From positions 46,500,001-46,564,000 of the forward strand of contig CM060731.1 of the NCBI GenBank assembly GCA_030704615.1: a DNA stretch of 64,000 bases. The letters are read 5' to 3'. The notes beneath the pieces were generated by a model, which searched no databases, was not told the origin of the DNA, and saw nothing but the letters and a program-made list of their open reading frames with translations. The DNA comes from Takakia lepidozioides (taxonomy: Eukaryota; Plantae; Bryophyta). Made by a program: the position numbers and the translations under genes. Of this stretch, positions 39,301 to 53,096 are shown one piece after another (the stretch's first letter is position 1; each line of letters starts with the position of its first letter).

Positions 39301-42300
39301 ACCAAGGAAATTCCAGAGGCAACTATCAGGGTAATCCAAGGGGGAATTACCAGCCCGGGAATCAGGAATCAGGATTATAGAAATAATCCAAGAACAGACC
39401 AAGGGCGAGGACCCAATGGTGAAGAGCTATGTTACTATTGTAATCAGCCAGGACATCGCAAGGCAGCCTGTTCATTCTGGATAAGACACCAGAATGAGAT
39501 GAGAGCTCCTGTGAATGAGGGCCCAGTGGTGGCAGCTCACATGGTTAGGCCATGTGTTGTACCAGAAGTAAGTACAATGATAGTAACAAGAAGTAAAGCC
39601 AAACTAATACCTCCAGTAGAAGAGGAAGAAGATGAGATGGAAGTGGCAATGATATGCCTGAAGATGAAGAGACTTGGAAAGATGAGAAGGAACTGCACAA
39701 GGAAGTGGCAGATACTATAAGGGAAATGCAAAAGAGTACTGATATTCCTGTGGCAGATTCCTCTGATTCGGATGGAGAAAAAGAAGGGAGTGAGGAAGAA
39801 AGGAAAAAGAAGATGCAGACATGCAAAGTAATGAAGAGACTTTGGCTGAAGTAATATGTCAGACCAAAGCAGAAATTACCATTGGACAGCTATTAGCTGT
39901 GGCACCTTATTGTAGGCACAGGCTGTATCAAGCAATCAATCGAATTGCCCAAGAGACAGGAAACACAGACCTGAACAGCAAGGTGACCAGTTATAATGTG
40001 AAGCCGGAAGGGCGAGAACCAGTCATGGACTTTGATGATTCTATGCCAGTAATCCAATTGAGAATTGGAAGCACAGAACTAACTGATGTACTGATAGATG
40101 GTGGTTCTGGAGTAAATATCATGACAGACCAATTAAGGAAGAAGCTTGGTCTAAGTAACATGAAACCAGCCCCATTTACAGTAACAATGGCAGATCAAAG
40201 AAGTGTACAGCCATTGGGATTAATAAGAGGAGTTAAGATACAGATACAGAAAATGATCTTTATGATCACAGTAACTGTATTAAAAATGGATGAAGTCATG
40301 GAGGCTTACTCCTTATTATTGGGACGTCCGTGGCTGAAACAGGCCAGGGTATTCCATGACTGGAATTCTCAGTTACTAACCGTGCATAATGGGATACACG
40401 AGATACAAATTACCACAAAGAAATCTAGTAGATTACCTGCTACAAGAAGACCTCGAGGAGTCAGAGAGTATGACTGGAGAGGAGGACTGGATGAGGAGCA
40501 GGAAGCTACCCTATTTGCTGCACACCCAGAGTGGGAGCAGGTTGCAGAGATGCGGCTGGAAAGCCTAAGTTGTTTGAGAGGTATCTGCTGTGGTGTAGTG
40601 ACAGCAACACCAACTGAAGAAGGAAACCAGCATTTACCCATCACATTTCTATGAAGAAAGAGAAGGAGAAATAGAAATCCTAGAAGAACCAGCCACTGTG
40701 AGCTTACAGGATGAAGTGGTGACTGGTTGGACAATCACAGCTGATGAGCAGGTGAGAGAAGTAAATGTGGGAACTAAAGAGGAACCGAGGATGGGTGAAA
40801 GTAGGAGCTGATTTGGAGCCGGAATTCTTCGAAGAAGCTAAAAGCTTGTTCATCAAATACAGAGATGTATTTGCTTGGAGCTATGAGGATCTAAAAGGGA
40901 TACCACCTGAAGTCTGTCAGCATAAGATTGAACTGGAACCAGGGTCAGTACCAATCAAGCAGGCGAGGTATAGAATGAATCCCAACTACGCACAGAAGGT
41001 TGGAGAAGAGATAAAGAAGTTGGCTGAGGCTAAGTTTATATACCCAATAGAGTATACAACTTGGTTGTCACCCATTGTATAGTTCCCAAGAAGAATGGCA
41101 AACTAAGAGTATGTGTGAACTATAAGAAGCTGAATGCTTGTACGAAGAAAGATCCTTTCCCTTTGCCATTCACAGAAGCAGTATTAGACATGAGATGTAC
41201 TCATTCATGGATGGCTTCAGTGGTTATAATCAAGTGCAAGTGGCAGAAGAAGAAGACCAAGGGAAAACAGCTTTCATCACAGACTGGGGGGCTTATGCAT
41301 ACAAAGTCATGCCCTTTGGACTTTGTAATGCACCAGCGACCTTTCAGAGAGTGATAAGTGAATCTTTTCATGAGTATCTGGATGATTTCATGCAGGTATT
41401 CTTGGATGATTTCAGTGTGTACAGCTCTAAAATGAGCACTTGCATAAATTGGAGTTATGTTTGGCCAGATGCAGGATGAGAGGTGGGCCTGAATCCAGAG
41501 AAGTGTACTTTCTGTGTGAACTCAGGGGTGCTTCTGGGACACATTGTGTGTAAGAAGGGACTCCTTGTGGATCCCAGAAAGACAGAGTCCATTAAAGCCT
41601 CTCCACCACCAGTGAATGTTAAAAGTCTACGGAGATTCCTTGGGCAAACCAGTTATTACAGAAGATTTGTCAAAAGGTATGCACAAATAGCAGCACCATT
41701 GAGCAACTTCTGAAGAAAGATGCAGTGTTTGCCTGGACAGCTGAATGTCAACAGGCGTTTGAGGAACTTACACTGTCAGTAACAACTACACCTGTGCTGA
41801 TTAACCCTCACTGGCATGTAGTATTTCATGTTCACTGCGATGCATCAGGAGAAGCGTTGGGAGCGGTGTTAGCCCAGAATGTTACAGGAATATAGATTCA
41901 CCTGTGTACTATGCTAGCCGGTTGATGAACAGTGCTGAAAGGAACTATAGCACAACGGAAAGAGAAGCATTGGCAATGATTTATGCAGTCAAGAAATTCA
42001 GGCATTACCTATTGGGAAGAAAGTTTATGTTTATGTGGATCACCAGGCTCTGATATATCTGGTGAACAAACCTTTGATAAGTGGAAGGATAGCGAGGTGG
42101 TTAATAATCTTGCATGAGTTTGAGTTCGAGGTTATTTACAAGCCTGGCCGTTGCATCTTGTGGCAGATCATTTGTCACGACTAACAACAGGAGAGGCCGC
42201 CACAGGAGTGGACGATCAGTTACCTGATGCGAGTTTATTTGTAATGGAGGTGCAAGGAAGTGCAGATGAATGGTTAGATTGGCAGTGGCCAATCAGATAC

Positions 42301-43654
42301 TACCTTGCTCATGGTCAGTGCCCACCTAGTTATGGTAAGGAGCAGAGGAAGAGAATCGCTATCAAAGCTTTACCTTATACTATGGTAGGAAGCAGAATGT
42401 ATAAGTTAGGACCTGATGGAGTACTAAAACGATGCTTGTACCACCATGAAGTAAATAAAGTTTTGGCGGAAGTTCATAAAGGAGTGGCTGGAGGTCATTT
42501 TGGAGAAGAGACTACCAGTAGAAAGATACTACTCGCAGGATACTGGTGGCCTACTTTGTTCAAAGATGTACACGAGTATTGTCAGAAGTGTGATGAATGT
42601 CAGAGGCTAGGACCTTTGCAGAGATCTGGAAGGATGGCCTTGCATCCTACAATGCCTACGGAACCATTTCAGAAATGGGGACTAGACTTTGTTGGACCAA
42701 TTAACCCACCATCCAAGAATACACGAAACAGGTACATAATTACAGCCACTGATTATACTACAAAGTGGGTGGAAGCTAAAGCTTTGAGGGACAACACAGC
42801 CAAGTCCACAGCAAGGTTCCTGTACGAGAACATACTTACACGATTTGGCTGTCCCTTAGAATTTATCAGTGATCAAGGAAGTCACTTCATGAATGAGACC
42901 ATTGAGTTGTTGACTAAAGAGTTTATGATTGTGCATAGAAAGAGTACAACATATTACCCACAGGGTAATGGGCAGGCAGAGGCTACCAACAAAATACTAT
43001 GTACTATCTTGGCTAAGATAGTCAATGCAAACAGAACGGATTGGGATACAAAGCTGCTGACAGCTTTGTGGTCATACAGGACTTCATATAAAGTCACCAC
43101 TAAGTATACACCATTCCAATTAGTTTATGGTATGGAAGCCTTACTTCCAGTGGAATTCCTGTTACCTACCATGAGAAACGGAGTGGGGAAAAAGAATGGA
43201 ATTGCAAGACTCCATCAAGGTCAGGAAACATGAATTATACCATGTGGAAGAAGTACGTGCTGATGCAGCTGATAATATGACCAGAATTCAGATGAAGCGA
43301 AAGGAACAGTTTGATGAAGGCAAGTTAAAGACTTTTAAGACGGGGGATTTGGTTCTATGGTTGCAGAAGAAATGAAAGATTCAAGCTTCTAAGCTTAAAT
43401 CACCGTGGAAAGGACCTTATGTCATACAAAAGATGTATGATAACAACACCGCCATGTTACAAACCATTAACAAAGAAATGCTGGGAAGAGTCAATGCAAA
43501 TAAGTTGAAGGGGTACAGTGGTATCCATGACAAACCCCTGCAGCATGATTTGCATGTTGAATCGCAAGAGCAGTCACGGGCTGCACCAGTGTTACGAACG
43601 GAGTATGGAACACTTGTCGTTAGGCCCAGCATATATGACCAGGGTGGGCAAAAC

Positions 43655-43860
43655 AAACGTGACACATCCTATCACAGCCCATCAAGGCAAAGCACAGCCT
43701 ATCACAGCCCATCACGACGTGACACAGCCTATCACAGCCCAGCAAGGCGCAACACAGCCTATCACAGCCCATCACGACGTGACACAGCCTATCACAGCCC
43801 AGCACGGCGCAACACAGCCTATCACAGCCCATCACGACGTGACACAGCCTATCACAGCTT
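43655..43860. repeat. 30-bp tandem repeat (alternating 60-bp dimer)
   Basis: CACAGCCTATCACAGCCC+ATCACGACGTGA / +AGCAAGGCGCAA, about 6.5 copies. It translates as TAYHSPSRRD/TAYHSPARRN in ORF 43433-43954. Confidence 0.95.
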
Positions 43861-44221
43861 GAACAATTTTTTTAAAATCACATACTTGACCATAACACAT
43901 AAATATCTATGCAAAACGTATTCACAAAGTTCCAAACAAAACAAATATATTTAGATGACAATCTATTCAACTTTTGAACAATTTTTGTTATGTGTCATAC
44001 TTCGTCATAACATGTAAGTGAGTATGTAGAACATACCAACAAAGTTGAACAACCAATAAAATATAAATAGACTTGAATCTAATGTCAATTTATTTTTTTT
44101 GACGAAGTTATGAATCATACTACCCAAACCAAATTTTCAATGAGATGACGTTGACGCAATGTCATTATTAATATGACATCTTACATCACATTGGTCAATG
44201 TCTTAAGATTGATTGATATAA

Positions 44222-45270
44222 TTACCCCAAAGAACTTGCATCCACATTGGATTGGAGATTCGCTTCATCGATATTAGCTTTTGCCTTCTCCGCCTCATTA
44301 ACACTTATTCGCTTTGTACTTGATCTTGTGGGATTCTTTCTCGCGGGCATGGTCCAAGCAATGGTATTGACATGAATCCACTGCGGAGTATCGTTGGGGT
44401 TGAATTCCCAGGTCTTTGTCCAACAATCCTTGTATCTTTCCAAATCAGATGGATTTCCTCCCTTCCTTAGTCTCCACCACTCAACAAGGACTTTTTTGTA
44501 ATTGATATTTTTTCTATCTCGAATTACATCGGATGAGGCCATTCCCAACCAAACTGGATATGTATGAGGATCCTCAGGACGAACAAGGACGAAAAATCCT
44601 TTTTCAACGTCTTTGTACGGATTTAAGCCTTCTTTTGGATGATCACATCTTGGCCCACAATAAGGAACAACCTCCTCAGCCTCATTGTCACTTGATTCGT
44701 CAGACCTTGAAGCATTAAATCCATCTCTCATGTGATTTTCCCGTCATTTTGTTGAGGGCCAAAATCCTTCCAGAAGACTATCTGTAGTATTCTCGAGCTC
44801 TAGATCTAGCTCTTCCAAAATATTGCTCCAGTATTCATCGTATTTTTTCATGATAGTTCCATAATGCGCATCAATATTCATTCTCTTTCTCCAAAAATCC
44901 ATATACTTTTTAATTCCAGTTTTGATGACAGATTGCTTCTGCACAACGTCTTCTTTGTCTCCCCAAATTGGTGTCATGGGAACACGCTTGGGTTCACCCA
45001 CCGGAAATGACGGAGATCCATCATCAAGAGTATTCCATATTCTAACTGAACCTTGTTTTGGAAGCCAGTCACAATCGGTCGCAGATTTCTTGTATTGCAT
45101 GACAGGCCAATTTGAGGAATGATCCACGTAGAATCGGAAAACATGCATATCTGTCGCTCCGACGAGAGCCTCTTTTCCATCAATAATATGTCCATCTACA
45201 AACTCCTTGAAGTTTGGAACTTCCTGAATGATTTGTGGGATGAACTGTAACTCTTGAGAAATGCATTTCT
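44222..45270 (-). pseudogene. 3' part of a DNA-transposon-associated gene (uncharacterised, probably CACTA/CMC-linked)
   Basis: Consecutive ORFs HVFRFYVDHSSNWPVMQYKKSATDCDWLP... and ...FVLVRPEDPHTYPVWLG...VEWWR, adjacent to a subterminal repeat array. Family assignment is from recall, not a search. Confidence 0.55.
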
Positions 45271-45309
45271 ATTTGACCTTTTTCTTAAAGCATTTGACCT
45301 CTGTCAAAG

Positions 45310-45960
45310 TTACGTATTACGAATTTTTTACATGCATTTGAAGAAAAAAGAATTAAAAAAAACATGCGACCGCCAAATATTGACGATCGCATGCCATTTT
45401 TTTAATTTAAAAAAAAAAAACATGTGACCGCCAATATTGATGGTCGCACTCATTTTTTTTAAATTTGAAAAAACATGCGACCGCCAATATCGACGGTCGC
45501 AGGCATTTAAAACAAATGAAAAAACATGCGACTGCAAATACTGGCAGTCGCACGCATATTGTTTTATAGGAAAACATGTGACCACCAATATTGGATGTCG
45601 CAGTCATTTGTAAATAAAATAAAATGTTGTGATCGCCAATTTTGCTAGTCAAAGTTATTTGTTTTAAAAACAATATTATGAAGCCGATATTGGCAGTTGC
45701 ATGCATTTACAAACAAGAACAAACAACGTGACCGTCAATATTGGTGGTCAGTTTAATTATTTTTCAAAATCATTTTGAAGCCACCGTGTCTTTGACAATG
45801 GCACGTGGCGGACCAGGCGACCATTTTTTTTATCATATATATATATTTTTTACACTGATATTTCGATAAAATCGACGTGACGCGAGTTACGTCAACGTTA
45901 GGTCTGATGTAACCTGACGTGGCGCGACGGACGTGACGTGACGTGTGCAGCCCTGACTAT
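45310..45960. repeat. Array of palindromic subterminal repeats of a DNA transposon
   Basis: About 7 copies of ACATGCGACCGCCAATATTGACGGTCGCA spaced ~55-60 bp, followed by an ACGT/GACGTG-rich cluster. Confidence 0.8.
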
Positions 45961-47351
45961 CCGTCTCGCAAAATGAACTGTTACAATGCAAAGAAGTTGG
46001 TCAAATGGCTAAGAAATAAAGAGGTGCTTATCCCATTCATTATTTCCTCACATCTACTTTATACTGAACCTCAGTCTTGCATAATTGCATATTGCATTCA
46101 CTCGGTTAAGTTTGTTAGAAATTTGTTCAATGTTCAAGAAAAAAAAAATTGTGGGAAAGGATCCATGATACAACGTGGGATCAGATAAAATCTCAAGAAA
46201 TGGCTAGATATTAAGAGATGCAAAAAAAGGATGAATGCAAACAAGAGGATTAGAGAATAGGGATGCGAGTACAAGTAGGATCATAGAAAGGGATCCAAGA
46301 AGCTGGAAGAACCTTCATTTACAATACAATTGAAACATTAACGCAATAGGATCACTACATGTCATAAAATCTGATTAGTTTTCACTTGTCAATGTACTGT
46401 TCCAAAATCATCTTTAATACTTATACACAACAGCTAAATGTGCTGCTAAACAAATATAAAAAAGAGACAAAGATAGCATAGGCCCAATCCATTAAGTAGT
46501 AGGGAGCCGCCGTTCTGGCGCCCCATCGCTATCTAATAAAAACCATGATGAGAGGTGGATAACAAATAGAATGGTTGGGTGTTATACCCTCTACCTCCAC
46601 AAAAAACTACTCATCACTCCATCCATCATGATCACTTTTCATGCAACTACCTAAGTCTCACAAAAAACTTTTCTAAGTGCATGCTTTGCTACCACTATCC
46701 AGCCATCGTTACATGCACCTTGGTGAAAGTAGTAGAGGATCGTATCTAATATTCCTTGTGTTTCATGTTTGTACCTTCTGATTCATCCCTATTTGTTTTT
46801 CGTCCTAACAAGAAACTAGTAGAGTATCGTAACTAATATTCCTCGTGGTTTATGTTTGTACATTCTGATTCATCCCTATTTGATTTTCGTCTTAACTACC
46901 TTCCATCCGTTGTGACCATTTCCATTCGAGTTGATTCACAATTCATAACATCCAACTAGAATTGGTATATCACACTATTTTTCACTTCTGAACCTAGATA
47001 TCACATGGTTTACAACCTACCAATTAGACCAATTTGGTCGATAGTTTTCCTTGTCCTCATCATGATAATAACAAGCACCGTACCTATTAATTTGCCAAAT
47101 AATTGACATTCCCTGGTACTATTTTTCAGCAGCTTCTCATGTGCGGGTGCTATTAAACCCTGTTGCATCGGTATATCTAGCCCTACAAGTAACGATAGTC
47201 GATTGACTCCCCCACGTAATATAGATTTGGGCTGTCATCTGTGGAGGAGGAGTCTGCAATGCTCATGATTGAAATTGTCAATAGGAGAATGCAGTGAAGA
47301 TGTATTTTGCGTGTACGATGAGCTACAAACTATGGGTTTACAATATCTAAT

Positions 47352-50300
47352 TGTAACACCCAGGATCTACACAAACTAGAATGGAAGTACTTCTCAACTT
47401 TTTCCCAAAACAACTCGATGTCTTCTAAGCTTTCATTGCAGGTTTATATACCATTCACAATATGATTATTTTAACGGTTTGACTTGAGAGCCTCAAGTCA
47501 AAGCTTCATAAAGTCAACCTTCATAGGTTTGACATATTCTCTACAATATGACTTTATCAAAGATTTGACATACTCTCCATAATATGAATATCTTAGAGGT
47601 TTGACTTGAGAGCCTCAAGTCAAACTTCCTTAAGTCAAACTTCTTAGGATCATTCCTAGTTATTCTGGAAACTTCTAGGGAACTTTCATCATCTATCTAG
47701 AACCTTCTAGATTCTACCTTGTTACAATCCTCCCCTCTTTCAAGAAGCAACGTCCTCGTTGTTCGAATTTTCAAAAACTTGAATTGTCAATTGAGTATTT
47801 GCGAGATTTTGCACCGGTTCCCAGGTAGCTTCATATAATAGAAATCATTTCCATAAAACCAAATACTCCAACACCTCATGTCGCCCTCGTTTGTATGTGC
47901 GTTTTTGCAGAACACGGTCGACCTCCCACTCTTCATTTTCGTCTATCAACCTGATAAAGGTTGTGGTTCTTGATTATCTTTGAATATTGATGGTCGAGGT
48001 TCGTAACGACGTAGTAGAGAAACGTGAAACACCAGGTGGATCTTCATATGTGGTGGTAACTCCAGCTTGTATGTTACTGCTCCAATGCGTTTAATGATCG
48101 AAAAATGACCAATGAACCGTATCCGTAGTTTTCGCGATCCAATTATGTGTAAATTGGTTGTAGACAACCACACTTGATCCCCAACTGCAAACTCCTCCTC
48201 CCGTCGACGTGCATTTGCATATTGCTTTTGGCGATTTTGGGCAACCATCAGCTTCTCTTTAGCTTGACGTACCCCCCGTCGAATTTGTTGCACAAATGCG
48301 TTAGTCGCGGTTACCTTGGATAACTCCTCTTTTGGTAAATTGAACTTCGTAAGAGTTGTTGGCACATTTGGGTGTTCACCATACATCAAAAAGAAAGGAG
48401 TTTCTTTCGTTGACGCGTTGACCGAGTTATTGTATGAAAATTCTACCAATGGTAATAACCAATCCCACTTTTCTTGTTCTTCTAACGTAAAGGCCCGCAA
48501 CATGTCTTCAATTGTACGATTTGCTCGCTCTGTCTGTCCATCTGACTTCGGATGATAGGCTGTTGACATAGCTAATTTGGTTTTAAAAAGACCAAATAAG
48601 CTTTTCCAAAACAAGCTAGTAAATTGGGTACCCATGTCAGTAATGAGAACTTTAGATAGCCCATGATGAGAATAGAGCGCTTCCAGATATAGTCGAGCTA
48701 ATTCAGGTGCAGTGACGGATTTTCTAGTGGGACGGATGTGTATCATCTTACTCAATTTGTCTACAAAGACCATTATAGTGTCGTATCCCGATGAGGTTTG
48801 AGGTAACTCACAAACTAAATCCATGCTCATATGTTCCCAACGTCTGTTTGATACTGGTAGTGGTTGTAAAAGACCTACTGGCTTGCGGTTTGTTGACTTG
48901 TTTTGTTGACATCTCATGCATCTTCGAACGTACGTCTTCACCTCGTCTCGCATCCACGGCCAATAAAATGTTCGTTTTAGTTGTTCGAATGTGTCCCGCT
49001 ATCGCCGTATCATGAGTTTCAAACAAGACTTTTGTCTTCAATGTAGGTTCATTAGGGATCCAAAGTTTACCTTCCTTGAATACCAACCCTCGAACTTCTG
49101 TCACTTTGCACTTCTTTTTAGCGTCCACGATCTCTCCATCATTTTTAGAAGCCGTCGCTATCTTGTTCCACCAATCGGGTTGAATGTTGATTTCTGTCAA
49201 TGTGTTCATGCGCGACATCCTTGTCATTGCATCTGCCAATTGCCGTTTTCCCTCCACATAGACGATCTTCATATTAAATTGTTGTCGCCACTCCGCCTAA
49301 CGAATCTGTTTCTTCGATAGATCTTTTTGTCTCCAAGTACACCAACGGTTTATGATATGTTTCCACTATGAACTCTTTGTCTCCAAGATAGTGCTTCCAA
49401 TGTTTTGTACCCAAAACAATGGCCAATTTTCTCGTTCGGTTGTATGATAATTTCGTTCCGCAGGTAACAATTTGCGAGAAAAATATGCCACTGGGTGTCA
49501 TCCGTCTTCCCATTACAGGGATACACTTGTTCTTATAAAGCATTTTGATGGTAGGTCCTCGATTTGAGCCTTACATTCTTCCAACTCGTTTGGTGCTAAT
49601 CGATAAGGGACTTTACAAAAAGGATTACTACTTGGAACAACCTCAATCTTATTATCTACTCTTCTCTTTGGCGGAAGCCGTGCTGGTAGGTCATTTGGAA
49701 AGACATCTTTGAACTCTTTCAATACACTCTGTAATTCTATAGGAACCTCGCTCATGTCTTTTTTCGGATTTTCCACGTCTCTTATTAAACCTACAAATAG
49801 TAAGTCTTTCTTACATATAGCCATAGTACCTATAACAAATGATGGTAGGTTTCGATATTGTGTCCCCACTCGATCTCCCCATATTTTCCAATTCTGGGTT
49901 TTGACTATCTTTCTACGCCAATCAACATCAGGGTTGTGAGATTCCATCCAAGGCATGCCTAATATTACGTCATATCGAGCCAGTCTGACCACTCGCCATT
50001 CTAAGGTTTCTCTATATTTACCAATCGACAACTCTATGTTTTTAGGTAGTGTCTCAATGGCCTCTGTATGTCCATTCGACATTTATACTTCATCTCTTTC
50101 ATCTTTTTCTAAGGGGAGTCCTAGTTTCAAGGCAGCCTTTCTAGATAAGAAATTTTCAGTTGCCCCAGGGTCTATTAACACTCTCACATGAATACCTTCC
50201 AAGGTTCCATCTGCCACAATTAACTGTGTCTCTTTCTTGCCCGTATGATTGATTTGTCTCTTCTCCTTGTAAGGCCCCTCGCCTCTCCTCTTCATTGTAG

Positions 50301-52493
50301 AACCAGTAAGACCGCGAGGTCTACTTACTGGTTGTCCTCGTTTTCCTGCTCATTGTGATGTTCGTTATCTTCTCCTCTCCTTAAACTGTTAAAATTTTTT
50401 CGATAAGTTTGTCGATTGTACCTTCCACTTCGGCAGTTGGCTGCAAGATGTCTGTATTTTCCACAGTTGTAACATTGTCGAGTTTCCCTTTATCCTTCTG
50501 TTCGTGAGAATGTTGAGGAAGTCACATCTTTGTCATTCAATCTCATTCGCCGCTGTGTGTTATCTTCCCCATATCTGATTCCCGACCTATTTCTTTGAGA
50601 GTATTGGAAGTTATCCCGTCTTCGAAGATTTCTTAGCTCCATAGGCGTTGGTCCGTATTGGTTCAATGGAACGTGTATACCTTCGTCGTATTTTGGTAGC
50701 GTCCCTTCAATCTTTTGGGCCAATGAAATTGTTTCGTGGACATCAACCGGGTTGCGTAAAATTACCTCTCCTTGAATTTTCTTCTTCAATCCTCTTTTGA
50801 AGTTGTCTAAAGCTTCTGCAAGACTCATGTCTTCGATTTGGACCTCAAGATTCAAAAAATCTTCAATGTAATTTTGCACACTCTCGCACTGTTCCAAGTT
50901 CCATAATTTCATTCGAGCAGTTGTAACAGCATCTACTGCCTTGAATTGTTGGAGCAGTCCCGCTTTCAAGGTGCTCCATAGGAAAAGTTCTCTTTTTGCA
51001 ATTTGTCTTCTCTCCCATGTCTGTAACCATGTTAAAGCATTGTCGAGTAAAAAAAATCGTATAAACATTCCGTGGTCCAAATCACTTGATGTAGGAAAAT
51101 ATGACAGATGTACCTCCATTCGATAAATCCATCCTTTTAGCACTTCCATTGCGCGACTTTCTTTATACGGCTCGACCTTGCATGTCTTGGTCATCTTTTG
51201 CAGCAACGTATCCGATCCATCAGCAACCAGTCCCGGGGCGTTGATTGTCTCACTTGTTTAAGCTTCTCCATCAACACGTTGTTTTATTATTGGGTCGTGA
51301 CAAGAACATTCTACAATTCGTGTAAGCGCTCCATTATCCACACCGTCTGATCATTGGCTTGATGAATAGTGTGTGCGTTGTCCACCATTTCTTCGTTGTC
51401 CGCCATCTTGCTCCACTACTCCTTCATTCGTGGTGTTTGTCTTCTAAAATTAATGTATATTATCTTTATTATCTTATCCTAATACAGTATGTAAATAGTG
51501 CAATCCCAAACCATCACGTACGTGACTATTGATAATACAAAAGAGACGTTTGAACTCATGACAAGGTTCATGAATTCTACCCCAAATTCTGCAACTAAAA
51601 ATCTTATAAGATGATGTTTATCGATGGCGCGCACATTGATACTAAATACATTTGGCGGTGGAAAATTAGCGGAAAATGTCTACCTCGATCCATGAGCTAT
51701 GTATATACACATATGTATACCTTCCAATTTCTAATTATAGGAAAGACGACAGGTCGTGGGTTTTGTAACACTTCTTGATATTGTTCCTCTCCAAATCTCT
51801 GTACTATCATATCTCTAATTTCTGCTTTACGACGACATATAATTTTAAACTCACACTCCGAAGGAAAATCACGGAAATGAGGTTGATTTAAGTCCATAAA
51901 ATTTGTATACTATCGTTATGGCGCACCATCACTATTATCTATTCAACACTTAAAAATATTAACAACAAAAATCTCTAAAAAAAAACATCTTAATCGAATC
52001 CTCCTAAAAAAGGTATTCACTCCCAACTTCAAAAAAGACTAGGCTCTGATACCATTGTAACACCCAGGATCTACACAAACTAGTATAGAAGTACTTCTCA
52101 ACTTTTTCCCAAAACAACTCGATGCCTTCTAGGCTTTCATTGTAGGTTTATATACCCTTTACAATATGATTATTTTAAAGGTTTGACTTGAGAGCCTCAA
52201 GTCAAAGCTTCCTAAAGTCAACCTTCCTAAGGTTTGACATATTCTCCACAATACGACTTTATCAAAGATACTTGCTAAAGTCAACCTTCATAGGTTTGAC
52301 ATATTTTCTACAATATGACTTTATCAAAGATTTGACCTACTCTCCATAATATGAATATCTTAGAGGTTTGACTTGATAGCCTCAAGTCAAACTTCCTTAA
52401 GTCAAACTTCTTAGGATCCTTCCTAGTTATTCTGGAAACTTCTAGGGAACTTTCCTCCTCTATCTAGAACCTTCTAGATTCTACTTTGTTACA
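47352..52493 (-). mobile_element. Ty3/gypsy chromovirus with both LTRs; RT domain deleted
   Basis: LTRs 47352-47726 and 52056-52493 (TGT...ACA). PBS TGGTATCAGAGCC (tRNA-iMet) at 52054-52042; PPT at 47727-47740; TSD CTAAT/TTAAT. Domains: gag 51206-50490, protease LIDPGATENF, integrase 48953-47946, chromodomain EWEVDRVL..YLVLWK..EATWEP (~47945-47790). Confidence 0.97.
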
Positions 52494-52672
52494 TTAATTT
52501 ACAATGTATTTGATTCTTATTTTTAGGAGAGGGAAAATGACATAGTGATCCAAAATGAATTAGAAAACATGTTTTGGAGACAATAATAATAATAATAATA
52601 AACCATGTAAAGTAAAAATTGTACATCATGAAAATATGGTAGTTTCTCAAATCTAGCCACCGCCAAGGTTAA

Positions 52673-53092
52673 CCCTTAAGTGCCCCGTAATCATTGATTT
52701 CCAAATTAACTAGATCTGCTCCCAGTTCATCCTTGGAAAAATCTTGCATCCAATCCAAAAAACAAAATGCATTCCGGGAAAAGATGGGATAATGACACTT
52801 GGTCAAACCAAACTGGGACCATCTTGTGGGAGACATTTTGTCATGTAGGATGAGAGTTCTCATGTGCGAGAGATGTTAAGTTCTCACACTACAAACCAGA
52901 CTTCCCTTCCTTTGATTTGGAAAATTGAAATGCTAAGTAAAAAAATCCTACAAATCACGCATTGGATTCTGTCCGCCATGTGGATGGCATTAGCAGCTCA
53001 AAATTTTGGATCATTTGATTGAAATTTGAGAAAACCACACCCAAAAAAATAAAAAACAAATATCCATAACGGGCTGAATGGGCACTTACAGG
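52673..53092. mobile_element. piggyBac-like MITE (TTAA-flanked)
   Basis: TTAA|CCCTTAAGTGCCC ... GGGCACTTACAGG|TTAA. A longer sister copy lies at 60113-60788. Confidence 0.65.
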
Positions 53093-53096
53093 TTAA

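Larger units (their letters stand above)
35940..43860 (+). mobile_element. Ty3/gypsy non-chromovirus LTR retrotransposon, frameshifted, 3' LTR missing
   Basis: Putative 5' LTR ends ...GACA at 36913, followed by a PBS-like TGGCGACCATACTGGGGG. Domains: gag 38390-39500 with three CCHC knuckles; protease LIDGGSGVNI (~40090); RT (YKVMPFGLCNAPATFQR, VFLDDF; ~40800-41710); RNase H ([17 protein letters not shown]); integrase (GGHFG, KWGLDFVGP, SDQGSHF, NGQAE). The LTR start is approximate. Confidence 0.93.
45967..53096 (+). repeat. Left arm of a large inverted duplication (~2 kb after removing the LTR insertion)
   Basis: 45967-47351 plus 52494-53096 is colinear with the reverse complement of 60113-62215. 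Example: CGCAAAATGAACTGTTACAATGCAAAGAAGTTGGTCAA versus the corresponding sequence at 62215. Confidence 0.92.
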
